Assembly: GCF_009834535.1 (NCBI RefSeq)
Contig: NC_045696.1
Span: 42,720,001-42,784,000, forward strand
From: Camelus ferus
Taxonomy: Eukaryota
DNA: 64,000 nucleotides
Reading direction: 5' to 3'
Below are positions 1-14,157 of the stretch, piece by piece; the stretch's first letter is position 1, and the number at the start of each line of letters is the position of its first letter. A program made the translations under genes and the position numbers. The notes under the pieces are model-generated. The model had not been told where the DNA came from and did not search any database. It worked only from the letters and a program-made list of their open reading frames with translations.

Positions 1-570
1 TCCTGTGTCTGTGTCTCCAGGGGTTTTCCCAGTTGCCTCCTTGCTCTCCAGTGGGCTCTCCAAGACCAGCAAGTGGGTCTAACCCATGATTTTTTCAAAT
101 TACTGCCTGTGTTTGGGAACTCAGAGTGTGTGAGATATACTCGTGCCCTTTAAGGGCAGCCTCTGTTTCCTACAGCCCTCTGAATTTCCTATTCACAAGC
201 TCTGCTGGCCTTCAAAGCCAGATGTTCTGAGGTTTGCTTCCAGTGAAGGACTCCAGGCTGGAGAGAACTGATGTGAGGCTTGGTCCCCTCACTCCTTAGG
301 GAGAATGTCTGTAATTATGATTATCCTCCCATTTGTGGGTCACCCACCAAGGGGTGTGGGTCTTGACTATAATATGTCTCACCGCCCCCCCCCCCCCAGC
401 AGTCTCATTATGTTTCCTTCTTTAGTCTTTAGTTGTGGAGAATCTTTTCTGGTACTCTTCAGGCCGTTCTCGTAGATAGTTGCTTTTTAAATAGTTGTAA
501 TTTTGGTGTCCCTGTGGAAGGAGATGAGCTCAGAGTTTTCCTAATCTACCATCTTGGTCACACATCTCCT
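1..570 (-). mobile_element. L1 5' UTR/5' terminus fragment (runs off the left edge of the window)
   Basis: Ends in 'tctaccatcttggtcacacatctc', resembling the reverse complement of the L1 5'-terminal CAAGATGG motif. The preceding sequence resembles antisense L1M 5' UTR. Confidence 0.65.
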
Positions 571-2149
571 TGTACGTATATTTTAAAGATGTGTTGAACT
601 TCTAAGATAATAAGGCTGAAGGCAGTATGTCTTGTTTTCATGATGTCTAGAGTAGCTTGCAAATCATAATGACACAGACCATCTTCCTAGTTTTTTAAGC
701 TCTGGAACTTGCAGAGGTTCCCAGAGGCTAATAAATGATGGGGGAATCTCATAAATGTAATAAATACATAATAACTAACTAGATAAATAATAGATATATA
801 GTTTTGCTATTGACTTTTATGAGAGATAACATGTGTGAAGGAAGGAGAGATACAGATTAAGAGATAAAGATTAAGTGCTTTATAAAAGGATCCATTTAAA
901 TATAATATATTGCTGTTATTTTAGAGGAAAATACTTCCCCATAAGTAAAGGGCCTGTCAGCATTTCTACTGGAAGCCTTTATTTTAAGGATGTGTAACTC
1001 AACCCTAAATTGTGCTGTCGGCTGAAATATGGTATATAAAGTTTCAGTGTCATTGCCATTTTTTTCTACATTTCAAATCACAAAACCCCACATTTTTTTT
1101 TCACATGTGGACATTAATCTAAAGCAGAAGTCAGTAATTGCCAATGCTATCAAATTTTATTCCATCTGAATAAGATGATATTTCCTAAGATATCAAGGCT
1201 GCCAACACTAAGGAACATACATAAATAGCTTTTTGTGATTCTGCTTGATGTCAGTGTTTTGGTCAAATATAACGTGTAGGTGGATGCTGTAATACTGGCT
1301 TCCAAGTCATTTGGAGGAAAATAATTATGCCTGGGGCACTGGAAAAATTTCAATTTTGAGCTAGAGATGTGAAAGTATTAACAATCACGCCTACTGAGAT
1401 GAACTATCTACTCTTGACATTTAAAACTAGTCTATTCATTTCTATTCTTTATGGGCTAGATGTCTATTTCAGGAATTTATGGCAAACATCTGATCCAAAA
1501 GTAGTTATGTTCTTGACAACAAAAAGTGATAAAGAAGCTGTAGAGAGCAATGAAAATTGATGGGGATAGAGAGTGATAAACAGCAAAAGAGACCCATTAA
1601 GGGCCAGATGATTGGTAGGGCCCAAGGAGAAGGGACTGAGAGGTAAATTGGAGTGCAGGTTGATCATTTCACAGGTGCAGTCAGCCAGCTCTCCCCAACA
1701 TTCCTGGTTTGTTCGGAATTGAAATCTGAAGGCAACTTGTTAGACTTTGGGTCTGACATCATTCTGCATTTGTGAGAGGAAAAGAGGACCATGACTCCAG
1801 TGTTCAGGGAACTCAGTGTCATAAAATCAGCAAGTTTCAAGGCAAATTCACAGAGCATTATTTTTTATCAGGATTGAGCAAAATAAAACTAAAAGTGTGA
1901 AATGTGGTTTCTAATGAGTTCTAACTTTTAAAAGGATAGTATAATCTTCTATTCAGGTATTAGGGACTCACATTTGATCAATTTTCTTTTTCTAAGAAGA
2001 CTTAAAATAATTCTGGGGTTTCAGAAGTAAACTTTAAGAATTTACTTCTTTTTTCTCTCAGCAAACAAAAATAAATACAGAATCATATTTGCTTATCATT
2101 TGTGGAGAAATTTGATTACGATCTGTTTTCAGAAACAGGTAGAGGGAAT

Positions 2150-2345
2150 GCTTACTATCTTCCTGGGTGTTCTGAGTATATTAATTCATTTATTCTATCC
2201 ATGCAACATCTATGAAGAAGAAATTATTTCCCATTTATGTAGATGAGGATGCTTAAGCTCAAAAAGATGAAAGTTGCCTGCAGCGCTCACATAACTAGTG
2301 AATTACCAGAGATGAGTCTGGCTTCAAAATCTATTCTCTTTCAAT
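2150..2345 (-). mobile_element. MIR SINE fragment
   Basis: 'cccatttatgtagatgaggatgcttaagctcaaaaagatgaaagttgcctg..cacataactagtgaa' matches the antisense MIR core. Confidence 0.65.
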
Positions 2346-5300
2346 GAAAGCTAATTATATACCATGTTATGTAAAATGTGTTAACCTGATATGTTATTTT
2401 AAGGATTAGCAATTTTCCCCCTAAATTAAAATCTATTGATTTTTACTTCAGGAGTTATTTATTAGTATCTACTAACAAATGTCTAGCACTTAAGTATTTA
2501 CAAAGTGACTTTTAAAATATTATCTGATTTGAAACTCACGATGTTTTTGCTGGCTTATTGATGGACTGTTAACTGCTTCAGGGCACAAATATCGTCTTCT
2601 AATTTTTCTATGTAGCACTCATTTTTCCACCTTCCAGCACACTGCTAGGCTTGAAATAGGTTCTCAAAGAAAAGTTTCTGATAGATTTAAATATCATCTG
2701 AGAGCCCATATGAAGAAATAGATGTTTGTCTGGCTTCTTTTGTACCTACAGTGAAGCATCAGCTCACTCCATTTTTATTTGTCTGTAGGATGCTGAAGAC
2801 GCCTGCAATTTGTGTTGAAACTTGTCTTTGATTCAACTTGCCCAATATTAGCAGCAGAATGCTAATATTGTCTATTGGCTTCTCTTTGTCCCCTGGCTTC
2901 TGGATTGAGCTTTGGTACAAATGTAAGACTCCTTCGCTCAACCAAAGTGTGAAGAAGGAAGGAAAGACGAAAGTGGCCTTATGGCAGATGGAGAGTTCCA
3001 TGTGGTTCCTGGCCCAGGAAGACCTGTACTGGCCCTCCACAGACCATCTGTCCAGTGGGGATTCATAGAAATAGGAATGGATGTCAGGGTGGAGCCAGAA
3101 GGAGATGGATGCCAGACATAATGATTGAGGTCTGGAATCGGGAGTCATGTAGTTGAGTTTTTCCAGCTGGCCCCTGGCTCTCCCAGTAGCCTCTTTTATG
3201 AGCAGGTCTTTCCTGGCACCTTCTCTCTTAAGGTACCTCCCAGAGGTGGTGTCCTTCCTCCTCAGAACACAGTTGGAGGAGTGGGAGTTTAATTATTATT
3301 GATTCTATGTGTACATATTAATCATGAAGCTATACTAGGAATCCAGATGTTTAAGTGGTGAAAAGATTTTCTCAGGTTCAAGGTATGTTGAAAAATATGA
3401 ATTACCTAACTTCTAATTTTATGTTACTAAACAAAAAATTGTAACAATATTCAGTAGCTGAATTCCCATCTTACAAGCTTGCATATACTTTCCTTCTCCT
3501 TACCCTCCAACATCCAATTGTAAAATATTTTAAAGGAAGATCCTGACAGTTTAAATAATTAATCCAAAAAATGGGATTGCTTGAATTGGCATAGTATCTC
3601 TTTTAATGTCCTATTCTAAAGTAATTTTTAGAAAGTTTTTACTATTTTGTATTTTATGTATTTTCATTCACAGATGCATCCAAGTATAGGGAAATAAAAA
3701 GTCTTCCTGTGTGGTCCCTGATTGTCCAGATATCTGGAATCTAACAGTCTAGGAGTGAGCGACCAGAACAAGTGCTGGTGACAGGGACACTTCAGGGCAC
3801 CGTGCTAAGTCCTGAGACTGACTTTAGGCTGGGAATGGAAAAGGAACCGTGTCCTGGGGAAAATGGGCAAAATGTGGGATGAATGGCCATTTGCTTCCTT
3901 ATTTTATTCTTTTCTGTTATCCTACTGATGAAAGCAACGGAAGAAAGTAAAAGGCATAGTATAAAATTTTCTTTTCTAATATGTTAAAGACAAGTACCTT
4001 CTGGACTGAAAATGAATGCAATATATACTAAGTTTCAGCTGGGAGCAATTTTTCCCTCCTAGGCAGCGATAATAAGTTTGTTCTGGAGGCTTATGGGTTT
4101 TATAATGGAAATGCTGAACCAAACTTAACAGAGGCCTCATGTGAGAGCATGGATATAATAACAGCTCCCAAACCCCCAAAACAAAGAGGACGGCGAGATC
4201 CTCAGTGAATAGGAGGGAAAGACTGAGAAGTACATAAAAAAATGCATGCCCAGAAAAGAACAAATACGTGTTTTCAGTATTACAGCCCAACATTTTGAAT
4301 TATCTGGGGGGGATGATTCGGGTGGCTGTCTTTACAATGGAGTTAAATTGGTTTCTTATTTTAGCCACTTGCATTGGTTCAGCCTCACTCTGTTCCATTC
4401 TAAAAATGCACCCGCATAGCAGTCAGCTGTGGGGCACTTGACTCAGTGTGCATGTCTGCTGTGAGATTAGGGTAAGTGGATCGGACCTCGAGAGCATGGA
4501 TTTTGAAAGTTTGATAGGTGGCCTGAACAAGCTAAGTAAGGCAAATCGGAGCAGGCGCCAGCCTCTAGCACTCTTCACAACATTCTCCGTGTTTTAAATG
4601 AATCCATTGGACTTCAGTCTTTTGGGGTATGTTACACTTGGAACACTTAACCATACCTATCTTAAACACTTAAATTTTATTATTGTTGAATTTCTGGCCT
4701 ATTAAATCATCAGATAAAATAATGGTGCCTTAGCAATGAATACAATTTAAAGCAGACCGTACGAATGAAACCAAGAGTATCAGAATATCTTCCTTCCTAT
4801 TAAATTTGCACAACCGCACGTGTGTGTCAGCAATCACAAATTAAAGAAGCAATTAGTCTGAACAGGGAAAATGTGAAGCTGATACTTAATACACCAACAG
4901 ACTGTGAGCTTGAGAGCCTCCATTTCTGGTACAGTTGCAAGCAGAATTGCAAAAATTTGTTCTACTGAAGTACATCATTCTGATCGAATTTAAAAAAGCA
5001 ATACTGGTAAATTGCATCCCTATGTCATAAATCCACCTTTTTAGAGATTTATGGATGCTAGAGTTAACTGACACGATGATTTATATCATCTGTGATTAAA
5101 ACTGAGTGGCTTTATTTGTCTTAATGCTGTTGCCAAAGAATTAGACTCCTAAAACAGTAAAATGTCAAGGAGAGGCATTTAATGCTTTTCAGCTGAGATG
5201 ACTCCTGCGGTGCTTGGGGACCTGTCCATGAGCAAGTGGCACTAAGGGAAAAGGGAAAAGTAGATTGTCAGTTGTATTTACTGAAACAAAATGTATGGAA

Positions 5301-5428
5301 TTGTTTAATGCAAGCAAATAGAGGAGGAAAATCAAGGCAATTTTCATACCACGTCCTATTGTTCTTTACTCTGCTTCAGTATTTGATTTCCCTTCTGATC
5401 CACTGACTCCTTACTTCACCCCCACCGA

Positions 5429-5447
5429 CCACACACACACACACACA
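5429..5447. repeat. (CA)n microsatellite
   Basis: Seen directly in the sequence. Confidence 0.9.
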
Positions 5448-5849
5448 TTTAACAAAAGTTTTTGAACTAGAGGTGAATAGAAATTAGGTTCTCCAGATAC
5501 ATTCTTAATCCTCATGTTCATTTGCAATCGATGATTCCAAAACATTTTAAATTTCTGAGGGCGATTCTGAACAGCTAAAGTGAGCATCAGAATGAGTAAT
5601 TTACTTGTGGAATTACTGCTGAAATCCAAGAATTTACGTTTTTCTGTTATAATGGAGGAATGCACCAGTACTTCTGAAGTATCCTTTCTGTTCACTGGTC
5701 ATCAGACCTAGTGCAGAAACCATCGACTTAATTTTATAAAATCGCCATTCCCCCATTCACCTGGAGTGGCTTTCCGAATATTTTTGGTGGAATCTTTTCT
5801 TCAAATAGCATGACATCTTGAAACTAGATGTTTTTCAAAATTAGATATG

Positions 5850-7150
5850 AAGAGTAGTAAGTTGTCTGAAAATAGCCAAGAAAATTATCAAAGAGAAAAA
5901 CAGTGAGGAGAGGCATGCTTTATCAGCAAGTAAAATATTCTCTAAAGACATAGCAATAAAAACAATGTGATGTTGGCATTGAAATAGAAAAAAAAATGAG
6001 TGGATTAGAATATAGAACCCAGACATACAAGATGTGATAAGGTAATTTTTCATTTGGTAAATAATAGTTTTACTTAATCAACAACTCTAGCACAATTGGC
6101 AATCTTTCAGAAAGAAAATAAATCTGGATTTTACTTCATATAAAAATAAGCAATGGATGAATTATGTATTGAAATTTAAATATTTGCAAATTATGTAAAT
6201 CCATGTATAACCTAGATGTTTGGAAGGCTGATGTAATAAAGACAAAAATCTTTACTGGACAAAGCAAAAATAAAAACAAAAAATAGACACATTTAGCTAC
6301 ATAAATGTTTAGAAGAATATCTGTATGACAAAATATACCATAAACAAGTCTATAAGAAATGATTGAAGGAAATATTCACAATACATATGAGAGATCAACA
6401 ACTTTAGAATAAAATGAGCCCTTACAAATTGATAAAACAATAACAGCAAGAAAACATAGAAAAATGAACACAGTGAATCATGAGTGGATAGTTCACAAAA
6501 GAGTAAATCCAGAGAGCCAATGAACATTGACAGAGGTTCAGCCTCACTGCTGGTCAGGGAAGACCTATTTTAAAAAAATGACATACTCCTTATGCTTATA
6601 AGGTTGATTGAAATTGTAAGAGACAACATTCTTTGCAGAGTCATAGAATAAAGGGTAGATTCATACTTTGCAAAGAGAAATGTTATTTATTATATAGTCT
6701 TCTTATAAAAAAAATCTGGCAACCACTATTAAAATTGAAAATACACGCACCCTTCAACTGAGCATTGCTTCAGGTGGGAATTTATTCTACAGAAAAATAA
6801 ACTACTAGGATATATGAAAGCTGAAAACAAAGTAGATGTCCATCAGAAGAAGACTGGTTGAATAAATTACTGTAAATTCACAACAGGGAATAATGCTGCT
6901 AAGGAAAATATAAAAATTTTCTCTGGGACAGTTGACTTGGGAGAGATTTCCAAGATGTAGTATTAAATGCTAAAAGCAGAAGACAGATAAGCATATGAAT
7001 GAGAAGAATAAGATTAGGACGACCGTTACTAACAAGAGCCTCATTATTATGTTATGATTATGAGTTATGGAAAGACACAAACCAGGTTATCAATGCTGGC
7101 TATTCAGGAGAGTGGGAGAGACAGGAGAAAGGCAGAGGTGTAAAAGAAAA
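5850..7150 (+). mobile_element. Old L1 (L1ME-like) ORF2 3' part and 3' UTR
   Basis: A-rich sense strand with degenerate L1 motifs: 'aaaatagccaagaaaatt', 'aaaacaatgtgatgttggcat', 'gttcagcctcactgctggtcaggga', 'tggttgaataaattactgt'. Confidence 0.75.
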
Positions 7151-7596
7151 GGGAAGAAATCAATAATAAGAAGAATGTGTTTGCTGTGATCTCGATTATG
7201 GAAATGTTCAATAACATTTTGCTGGTAGTAATTTCAGAGCAGTGAAACTTTGGGGAATTTATATGTCTTAGTTACAGCCAAAGACCTAAAGCTGAGAAAA
7301 GGATAAGCCATGTACCAATAAAAAGGAAAGAAAAATGCAAGACCATTCTTATAGTTCTTGCTGATTTTAGTTCATCATCCATATCCAAGCTACAAAAAAG
7401 AGCATTTGAATGTTGGAGAAAGAGAATTTTTTTAATCAGATCAAAAAGGCATTTCTTCTCCTTTCCAGTTGGAGGATAGGTTTTCCCCCAACTCCTCAAG
7501 TAAGTGTTTGTGCATCAGAAAACCATCAGAAAGCTGAGCATGTGTTCCAGACTATAAGGGACGGAGGGACTCGTGAAATATATGAAAGTGAGAATC

Positions 7597-7965
7597 TTTT
7601 TTTTTTAAATTGAAGTACAGTCAGTTACAGTGTGTTAGTTTCTGGTGTACAGCACAATGTCCCAGTCATGCATAGACATACATGTATTTGTTTTCATATT
7701 CTTTTTCATTAAAGGTTATTACAAGATATTGAATATAGTTTCCTGTGCTATACAGAAGAAATCTGGTTTTTATATCTATTTTTATGTATAGTGGCTAACA
7801 TTTGCAAATCTCAAGCCCCCGAATTTATCCCTTCCCACCCTCTTCCCCCAGTAACCATAGGATTGTTTACTATGTCTGCAAGTCTGTTTCTGTTTTGTAG
7901 ATAAGTTCATTCGTGTCCTCTTTTTTCTTTTTCTTCTTTTTTAGATTCCACATATAAGTTATATC
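7597..7965 (-). mobile_element. 5'-truncated lineage-specific L1 3' end
   Basis: Poly-T followed by 'aattgaagtacagtcagttac...gatattgaatatagtttcctgtgctatacag'. It is similar to the copies at 12.4, 26.4, 50.5 and 61.3 kb. Confidence 0.9.
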
Positions 7966-8099
7966 TTGTTGAAGTTATCTCTGGCAGGAAAGGCTGTGAT
8001 GTGCTGGCAAAGGCTTTTACTACCAGACGTTGGTAGGGAAAGGATGCGTGCATGTTTCAGGTGGGCAAAGAAGTAGATTCCACTCAGAGGACCAGATTG

Positions 8100-8780
8100 G
8101 GGTCTCCTTGAGTAGTGCCATGAGTAAGAGGCCCACTAGGATGGTTCGTTGACCCTCAGCGGAGGGAGTCTGAATGGTACGGGCTGGTGAAGGCTGGTAC
8201 CAAAGGGAGATTTGTAAGTGGCTGTCCAGGAGAGGCATTCCCCTTGTCATGGAAGATTTTCAGCATCAGGGGTCTCTGAAGAACCATCCGAAGTGCTCCT
8301 TGAGAGAAAGAGTCAGCTTTGAATTTCGGCCACACCCAGAGGTCTCCCATGCAAATTACAAGAACATTAGTCAAGTAAGACTTCTCCTGTCCCTTATCTC
8401 CCTCTTCTCGCTGGACTCCTCACCTTCACCTCCTGCAAATAGTACAGAAACAACACAGGGAAAGGGGACACGTGGATAAAACCTGCTTCCCTTCCCCCTG
8501 CAGCTCCCCAGCCTGAGCCAGGGAGAGCAGGAGTTTTACATTGAATGAGAAGCTGAAATCTCATTCACAGACAGCACTGCAGACTTTTTAATTCCCTGAC
8601 TGTTGAGATAACTTGTTAGTTAATGAAAATGACTAGGAGAGTTACAGGATCTGCCTGAAACCTCATTCAGAGGGAGAGCAAAGCAAGTCAGGAGAGGAGA
8701 TTTGAAGATGTAGCTAGAAAGAGTAGCAATACTCTCTGTCTGCACTCCCCTGAGTCTCTCCCCCTCAATGAATTAACTAC
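8100..8780 (+). mobile_element. Ancient Gypsy-type LTR (MamGypLTR-like)
   Basis: The 3' part 'gactaggagagttacaggatctgcctgaaacctcattcagaggg...tctgcactcccctgagtc...actaca' resembles the recalled MamGypLTR 3' end. The 5' boundary is uncertain. Confidence 0.5.
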
Positions 8781-9129
8781 AGGTAGCTTTTATGCATAGC
8801 TAAAGAGTTTTAAAATTATCATGTGTTTATATACAGTCAGACACAAAATCTAAAGCTGTTTCCATCGATAAACAAAATAGAGAATTACGTTCGGGATTTC
8901 AAAATACAAAACAAAACATAAAATACTGGAGTTTCTCTGACTGAAGGCCTCATTCACAGGTTTTCTTTCAGCATCCATCCTCGCTCGCTCCCACTCCGTT
9001 ACCTACCATCACTGCCACCTGAACACGTAGGCATCTCCACAGAACCCGAGGGATCTGTGTTCAAGAGTTCAAACATCCCTGATTCGGAGCGTGTAGAGTA
9101 AATGGTTTCTAGGAGGTTGTAGCAAAAAG

Positions 9130-9335
9130 ACGTGTTTCTTGAGTGCCTACAATGTGTCTCTCACTTTAAGCACATTCTTTTTAGTCTTCTTACTAACCCG
9201 TTGATGAATTCCAGTATCGACTTTGAGAAGCTGAAATGTGAAAATAGTAAGTAACTGACTCAAAGTCACACAGTAATAGAATTGGGGACTAAACCCAGGT
9301 TTGTCTGGTTTTGAGGTTTCTGCTCTTTATGTTGT
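9130..9335 (-). mobile_element. MIR SINE
   Basis: 'gagtgcctacaatgtg...aagtaactgactcaaagtcacacag...aaacccaggtttgtctgg'. Confidence 0.7.
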
Positions 9336-9724
9336 GATACCGTGTGGCTTTTAGGTCTAAAGTGGGGTTACTGAGGTCCATGAGAAAGTGGACTGCCTTT
9401 TGGCTATGAGGCAGAACATAAAGATTCTTGAAAGAGGACTGAGTTGCATATGAACATCTTTCTCTGCACTATCATGTATTTCTTCCACTTAAGGACTTAC
9501 CCAACCAAAAGATTCACCTTAGTGATCTGAGGAGACACTGAAATGCTCTGCTGAAGTCTGAGAATTTGGTTCGTTGATTTATTGTATATCTAGGAATTAT
9601 TCCTTATATCAGGATACAAATTTATTCTCTTTCCTAAAGCTATTAGAGGAATGGGTAAAAGAGAAGACAATCCTGTTCTGAACAGCGCAAATGAACTTTC
9701 AGACTGGAAGGCTGGTATGGATCC

Positions 9725-9950
9725 TTTGTTCACTCACTCACCCTGTCAGTCAACAAAACCTTACAGAATATATATTACATTATAGGCTGTACTTCAGGAA
9801 CAGAAAATAAAATGAAAAACGGAATCAACAAAGTCTGTGCCCTCTCAGATCTTATGATGCGGCAGAAGTGAGAGCCATAAACATGTAAGTGAATATTCTC
9901 ATAATTTCAGATAGTACATTTTTAAAAGAAACGTAAAGCAGGGGAAATAC
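9725..9950 (-). mobile_element. L2 3' fragment
   Basis: 'ttcactcactc...caacaaaac...aaagtctgtgccctctcagatctt' resembles the antisense L2 3' end. Confidence 0.55.
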
Positions 9951-10809
9951 AGAGAATTATTAGGTCGTGTCATCTCAGATGACACTCAAAACCCAGATAA
10001 AGCAAGGCAGTAAATCCGGTTTTGCCTTTCAGAGCCTCAGTTTTCCCATTTCCAGAAAGAGAGGGGACAGAGCTAGTGATTTCTAAGGACCACTTTACAC
10101 CAGTGTTACTCAATTCCTGGCCAATTTGGTTAGTTTCTCTTTATCTGTAGCACTCCATGTGGGTACTAACACGTTAAAACGGTTAAGTAATTTAATGTTT
10201 TCCACACTGGACTTTAGAACATGTTACATGTGTCTGAGGGATAGCAGATTTATATATATATATTTGGGGTCAATATTAAAATGCCCAAGCATTCCCTAAA
10301 CATCTAAGCAATATTCATAGTAGAAGAGACAAGTCAGTCTAGCACTGTTAATTCTGAATTAAGTTGAGAGTAGATTGAATTATACTGTTTTATTTGCTTG
10401 TTTCTTTGTTTCTATAAGGTTCAAATTTGAAAAATGGCAGTGACTCCCAGTTCAGAGCACCAGATTCCAATAGGAATTGATTATTTACCACGTGCCAAGT
10501 ACTTAATAACAAATCTATGTAGTAGGTGTTGTCATCCCTCTTCAACAGAGGAGCAGTCATGGCATGGACTAATTAAATAACTTGCCAGAGTTCATATCAA
10601 TTATAATGAAAGCAGGCAACATATGAACACAGAATGGAGTATATTTCTTAAAGTGTATATTAAACTTTCTTGCCAAGTAGCTGTTTGCACCCAGAATAGT
10701 GCCCATCATATAGTAAGTGCTTAATAATGTTGACTATTATCTGCTAAAGGACATATAAATGGTGATCATTGGCAAATTGCTTAATTCTTCTAGGCTTTAT
10801 TTTCATTCA

Positions 10810-11297
10810 TCAGTCAGGTTCCTGGCAGAAAACAGATGGCATGCACAGAGTAATTAAAGGGAAATTAACAAAGGTACTCATTAGAACATTGTGGGAAAGG
10901 TTCAGGAAAACCAAAAGGGGGTGATGCTTCACCTCTGGGCTAACAAAGGCTGGATTATCACCACCAAGTCTGAAGGGCCAGGGGAAGGAGAAGCTACTAG
11001 GACCCCAGGAGAGCTACAGGTGTACCTACAGCTGCCTGGCAGACACTGACTTTACACCGAGCAATGCAGCCACTGCCAACACCCTGAGCTGAAGTGGTAG
11101 AGCCAGGAAGACAACTTGGATCTTTCTCTCTCCTACTCTTCAATCGCTTGCTGCTCTCTCCATTGGCCAGACCCCAGGAGAATCCAGAGAGTGAAGGGAC
11201 CTAGGTTAAACAGTCTTTAGAGGTCAGCTTTCTGAGGACCCAGAGCAGAGCAGAAAATGGTAGAAAGAGCTAGTGGGGCAGAGAACTAGCTAGCGCA
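10810..11297 (-). mobile_element. LTR33-like ERVL LTR
   Basis: 'agtcaggttcctggcagaaaacagatggc...ctctccattggccaga...aggtcagctttctgaggacccagagcag' matches recalled LTR33 antisense sequence. Confidence 0.7.
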
Positions 11298-11479
11298 TTC
11301 ACCTTCTATAAAATGAATTTATTAACCAGTACTTTCGTGTTCCTACAAAACTCAGTGTTAAGTGCTGTGGAGTATTTCAAATGTAAACAATAATGTCTGT
11401 GCCCTCAAGGAGCTTAATTTTTAGAAATGGAGTTTGATATGCCACCAATGTGTAGCTTAAACGTAAAATTCTAAATATT

Positions 11480-11700
11480 AAGACATTAAAGTGCGGGCTC
11501 TGGTGTTACAGTGTACATTTGGATAAGCAGCTTAAACATGTAGGAATCAACTCTCTCATCTTGAAAGATGAGAACAGAAACGGTATCTTTCTCATTGGCC
11601 TATGTTGAGGATTAAATGAGCTGATTCATGTAAGCATTTAGAACAATGACTGACATATTGTAAGACTTAATCACGTTGGCTATTAATATTACTATTATCT
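11480..11700 (+). mobile_element. MIR SINE
   Basis: 'gttgaggattaaatgag...gtaagcatttagaacaatgactgacatattgtaag...tattactattat'. Confidence 0.7.
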
Positions 11701-12351
11701 GCCAAGTGTGATACTGGAGGTGTGGGCAAAGCCTTAGAGCTTATCCCAGAGGAGAGAGCATGACCCTGGAGGGGCTGGACTAGATATCATGAAGGTCTTT
11801 TCTAGGTCCTGAGGTTTCACAGCAGTTCCTCAAGGTCACACTACAGGTGTAGGCAGTGTTAGAAATACTGCCAGTTTCCGATGTGGATTCAACCACCTGA
11901 CCAGCCTCCTTCCTTCCTCTGAGTCTAAAGACTGTGTAAAGCAACCCTCCTCAGGCTGGCCATAAATGAAATATGGCACCAGCTACTTAGATGTACTAAA
12001 AGGCTTATATTAAGGATGATGGTATTGATGATCTAAAATACTTACTGGCACTCGAACCCAAGGCAGTGAGGCATTTTACAAATCAGCCAACATCCCTTGT
12101 CATCCTAGGTCTAAATTGTGAGCTCCTGGGCTGTATATCACAGATGTCTTTCTGTCATGTGTGCTTTTCTCCTTGGAAGGCAGTTTATTATTTTTATCAA
12201 TGTTAATGCAATTGCCATTATTTTTTTTTGATGAAGTATATGTGTCTATCCAAATCTGGCTTTAATGAATTTCTTTTGGATCAATGAGAAGTACGCTGAT
12301 AGCTTTTTCTTTCCCTTTCTCTGTAAAATGTTCAAATGTTTATTGCCAAGG

Positions 12352-12535
12352 TTTTTTTTTTTTTAATTGACATATAGTTGATTTACAATGTTGATGTACA
12401 GCAAAGTAATTCAGTTATACATATACATATATATATTCTTTTTCAGATTCTTTTCCAATGTACGTTATTTTAAGATATTGAATATAGTTCCCTGCGCTAT
12501 ATAGTAGGACCTTTTTGTTTATCTATTTTATATAG
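12352..12535 (-). mobile_element. Short L1 3' end (5'-truncated)
   Basis: Poly-T followed by 'aattgacatatagttgatttacaatgttg...agatattgaatatagttccctgcgctatatagtagg'. Confidence 0.9.
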
Positions 12536-14157
12536 GCTTTTTCTTTAACCAAGTATCACTAAGTAGTTTAAGTTTTAATTTTATTCTATACTTTGATGAC
12601 GAGTAATATCAAATCAGTAAAACAACAGGAATTGTCCTTTTGCAAGACAGAAATAAGCTTCGAACTAAAATGGCAGAGTAAGAAACCGCCACCCCGACAG
12701 CCTTACAGAAGCTGGAATGTTCTGAAGGCTTGGTTTTCTCCTATGGTAAGAAAGCATGGATAGTGTCTTTCTCTCATGCTGTGGTTTGCTTTATTAAGTG
12801 ACAGTGATTTTTGGGTTTTTTTAATATTAAAGGCTGGAAGGAAGCTCAGAAAATCTAAAGGAAAATCCTGCCCTTTATAAATAAGAATATGTGGAAATCC
12901 AAGCTGGTAACTTAATCTGGCTGGCTTTTAATTTTTTTTTTCTCTGTTGCTAAGGTTGCTGAATGGTAGGTATAAAAATGAGTTTAAAGCAAGTTCTTAG
13001 GACCATCTTTGCCCAACAGCAGTCACAGCATTTATAAGCAGCAACCCTGTCCATATGGAAGAGAGAAAAGCTAGAAGTGAACATTACATCATCCCTTCCA
13101 CATTAGACAAGTTAATTAGCTGGTTCATAATCACAGACTCTGCTCCAAATGAAAAGAACAGCTTTTCTTCATTTTGAACAGGAAAGGCACAGGAGGTGCA
13201 ATACCTGGGCAATTCATTAACAGTAAGAATGTTTTCAAAGAAGAAATTCTGAATTTAGTTTATCCTGAAATTCAATTCATAGTAACTAAGGTGGTGGCTG
13301 GCTTTTGCAGTTTCCCAAAACAAATTTAAAATGTAAGAATTCCTTTTGTGTCTATCAGAAGCAACCTAAGGCATTTAGAGGCTTTACAAGGATTCTTTCT
13401 TTTAAAAAAAAATATTAAAACTCTAGTGTACTGAGTAAGCTATGGAACCTTGTAATTGAAGAAACAGTTTAAAATGTCAGATCCAAAGTAGTTCCTAAAA
13501 TAACTTGAAAAATGGAAAGTTCTGTCTAAGTTTCTGACTGTAATGTGTCAGCCCCCCCCCCCCCACGCTAGAACAATTTAAGGATTTTATGTAAGTATCT
13601 AAGTATCAGAATTTTTATTAGTATCTAAGACTTCGGAATTTTCCATCACCAGAAAAAGGAGGGGTGTGAAGGTCATGGAGGCATATGCTCTGGTAGCTCG
13701 AAAGGTGAATCTGGCTGATTAGAGAGTTAGGAAGCTGGAAGGTTGAAACATGCAAAAGGGAGAAGCCAATGCTTTACTGTCTGGAGATAAGCCTGATCAG
13801 CCATTTTTCTAAGTGAGAGTGTCTGAGTTTTCCTTTCCTCCTTCCTATTCCCAAATAAAAGAGGCAGAAAAATTGGAAAGGGTGGCAGTTTGGTTCCAGA
13901 GAAGAGAGTGAATTAGCACAGTCTGCTATTTTCTTCCAGAAGCAAAGAGAATCTACAGAAACAGGAAGAAGCCTGGATCTGGAAGTGACATGAAAACTCT
14001 GGAAACCCATGAGGGGTGTGATGCAGGCATCTGAAGCAGGTGAAGGGAGCCTGACTGAGCTGCAGCTGTGGGAGGAAAGTTTGAAAGACAGGATTTCAGT
14101 CCTCCACCTTGCTCTTCTATGCGCTGATTGTTTTTGCCGCAACATGTGGACAGAAAT

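Noticed and set aside
2740..3290. Possible ancient LTR and 129-aa ORF
   Set aside because: The sequence looks repeat-like, but I could not assign a family or termini. The ORF has no coding signature.
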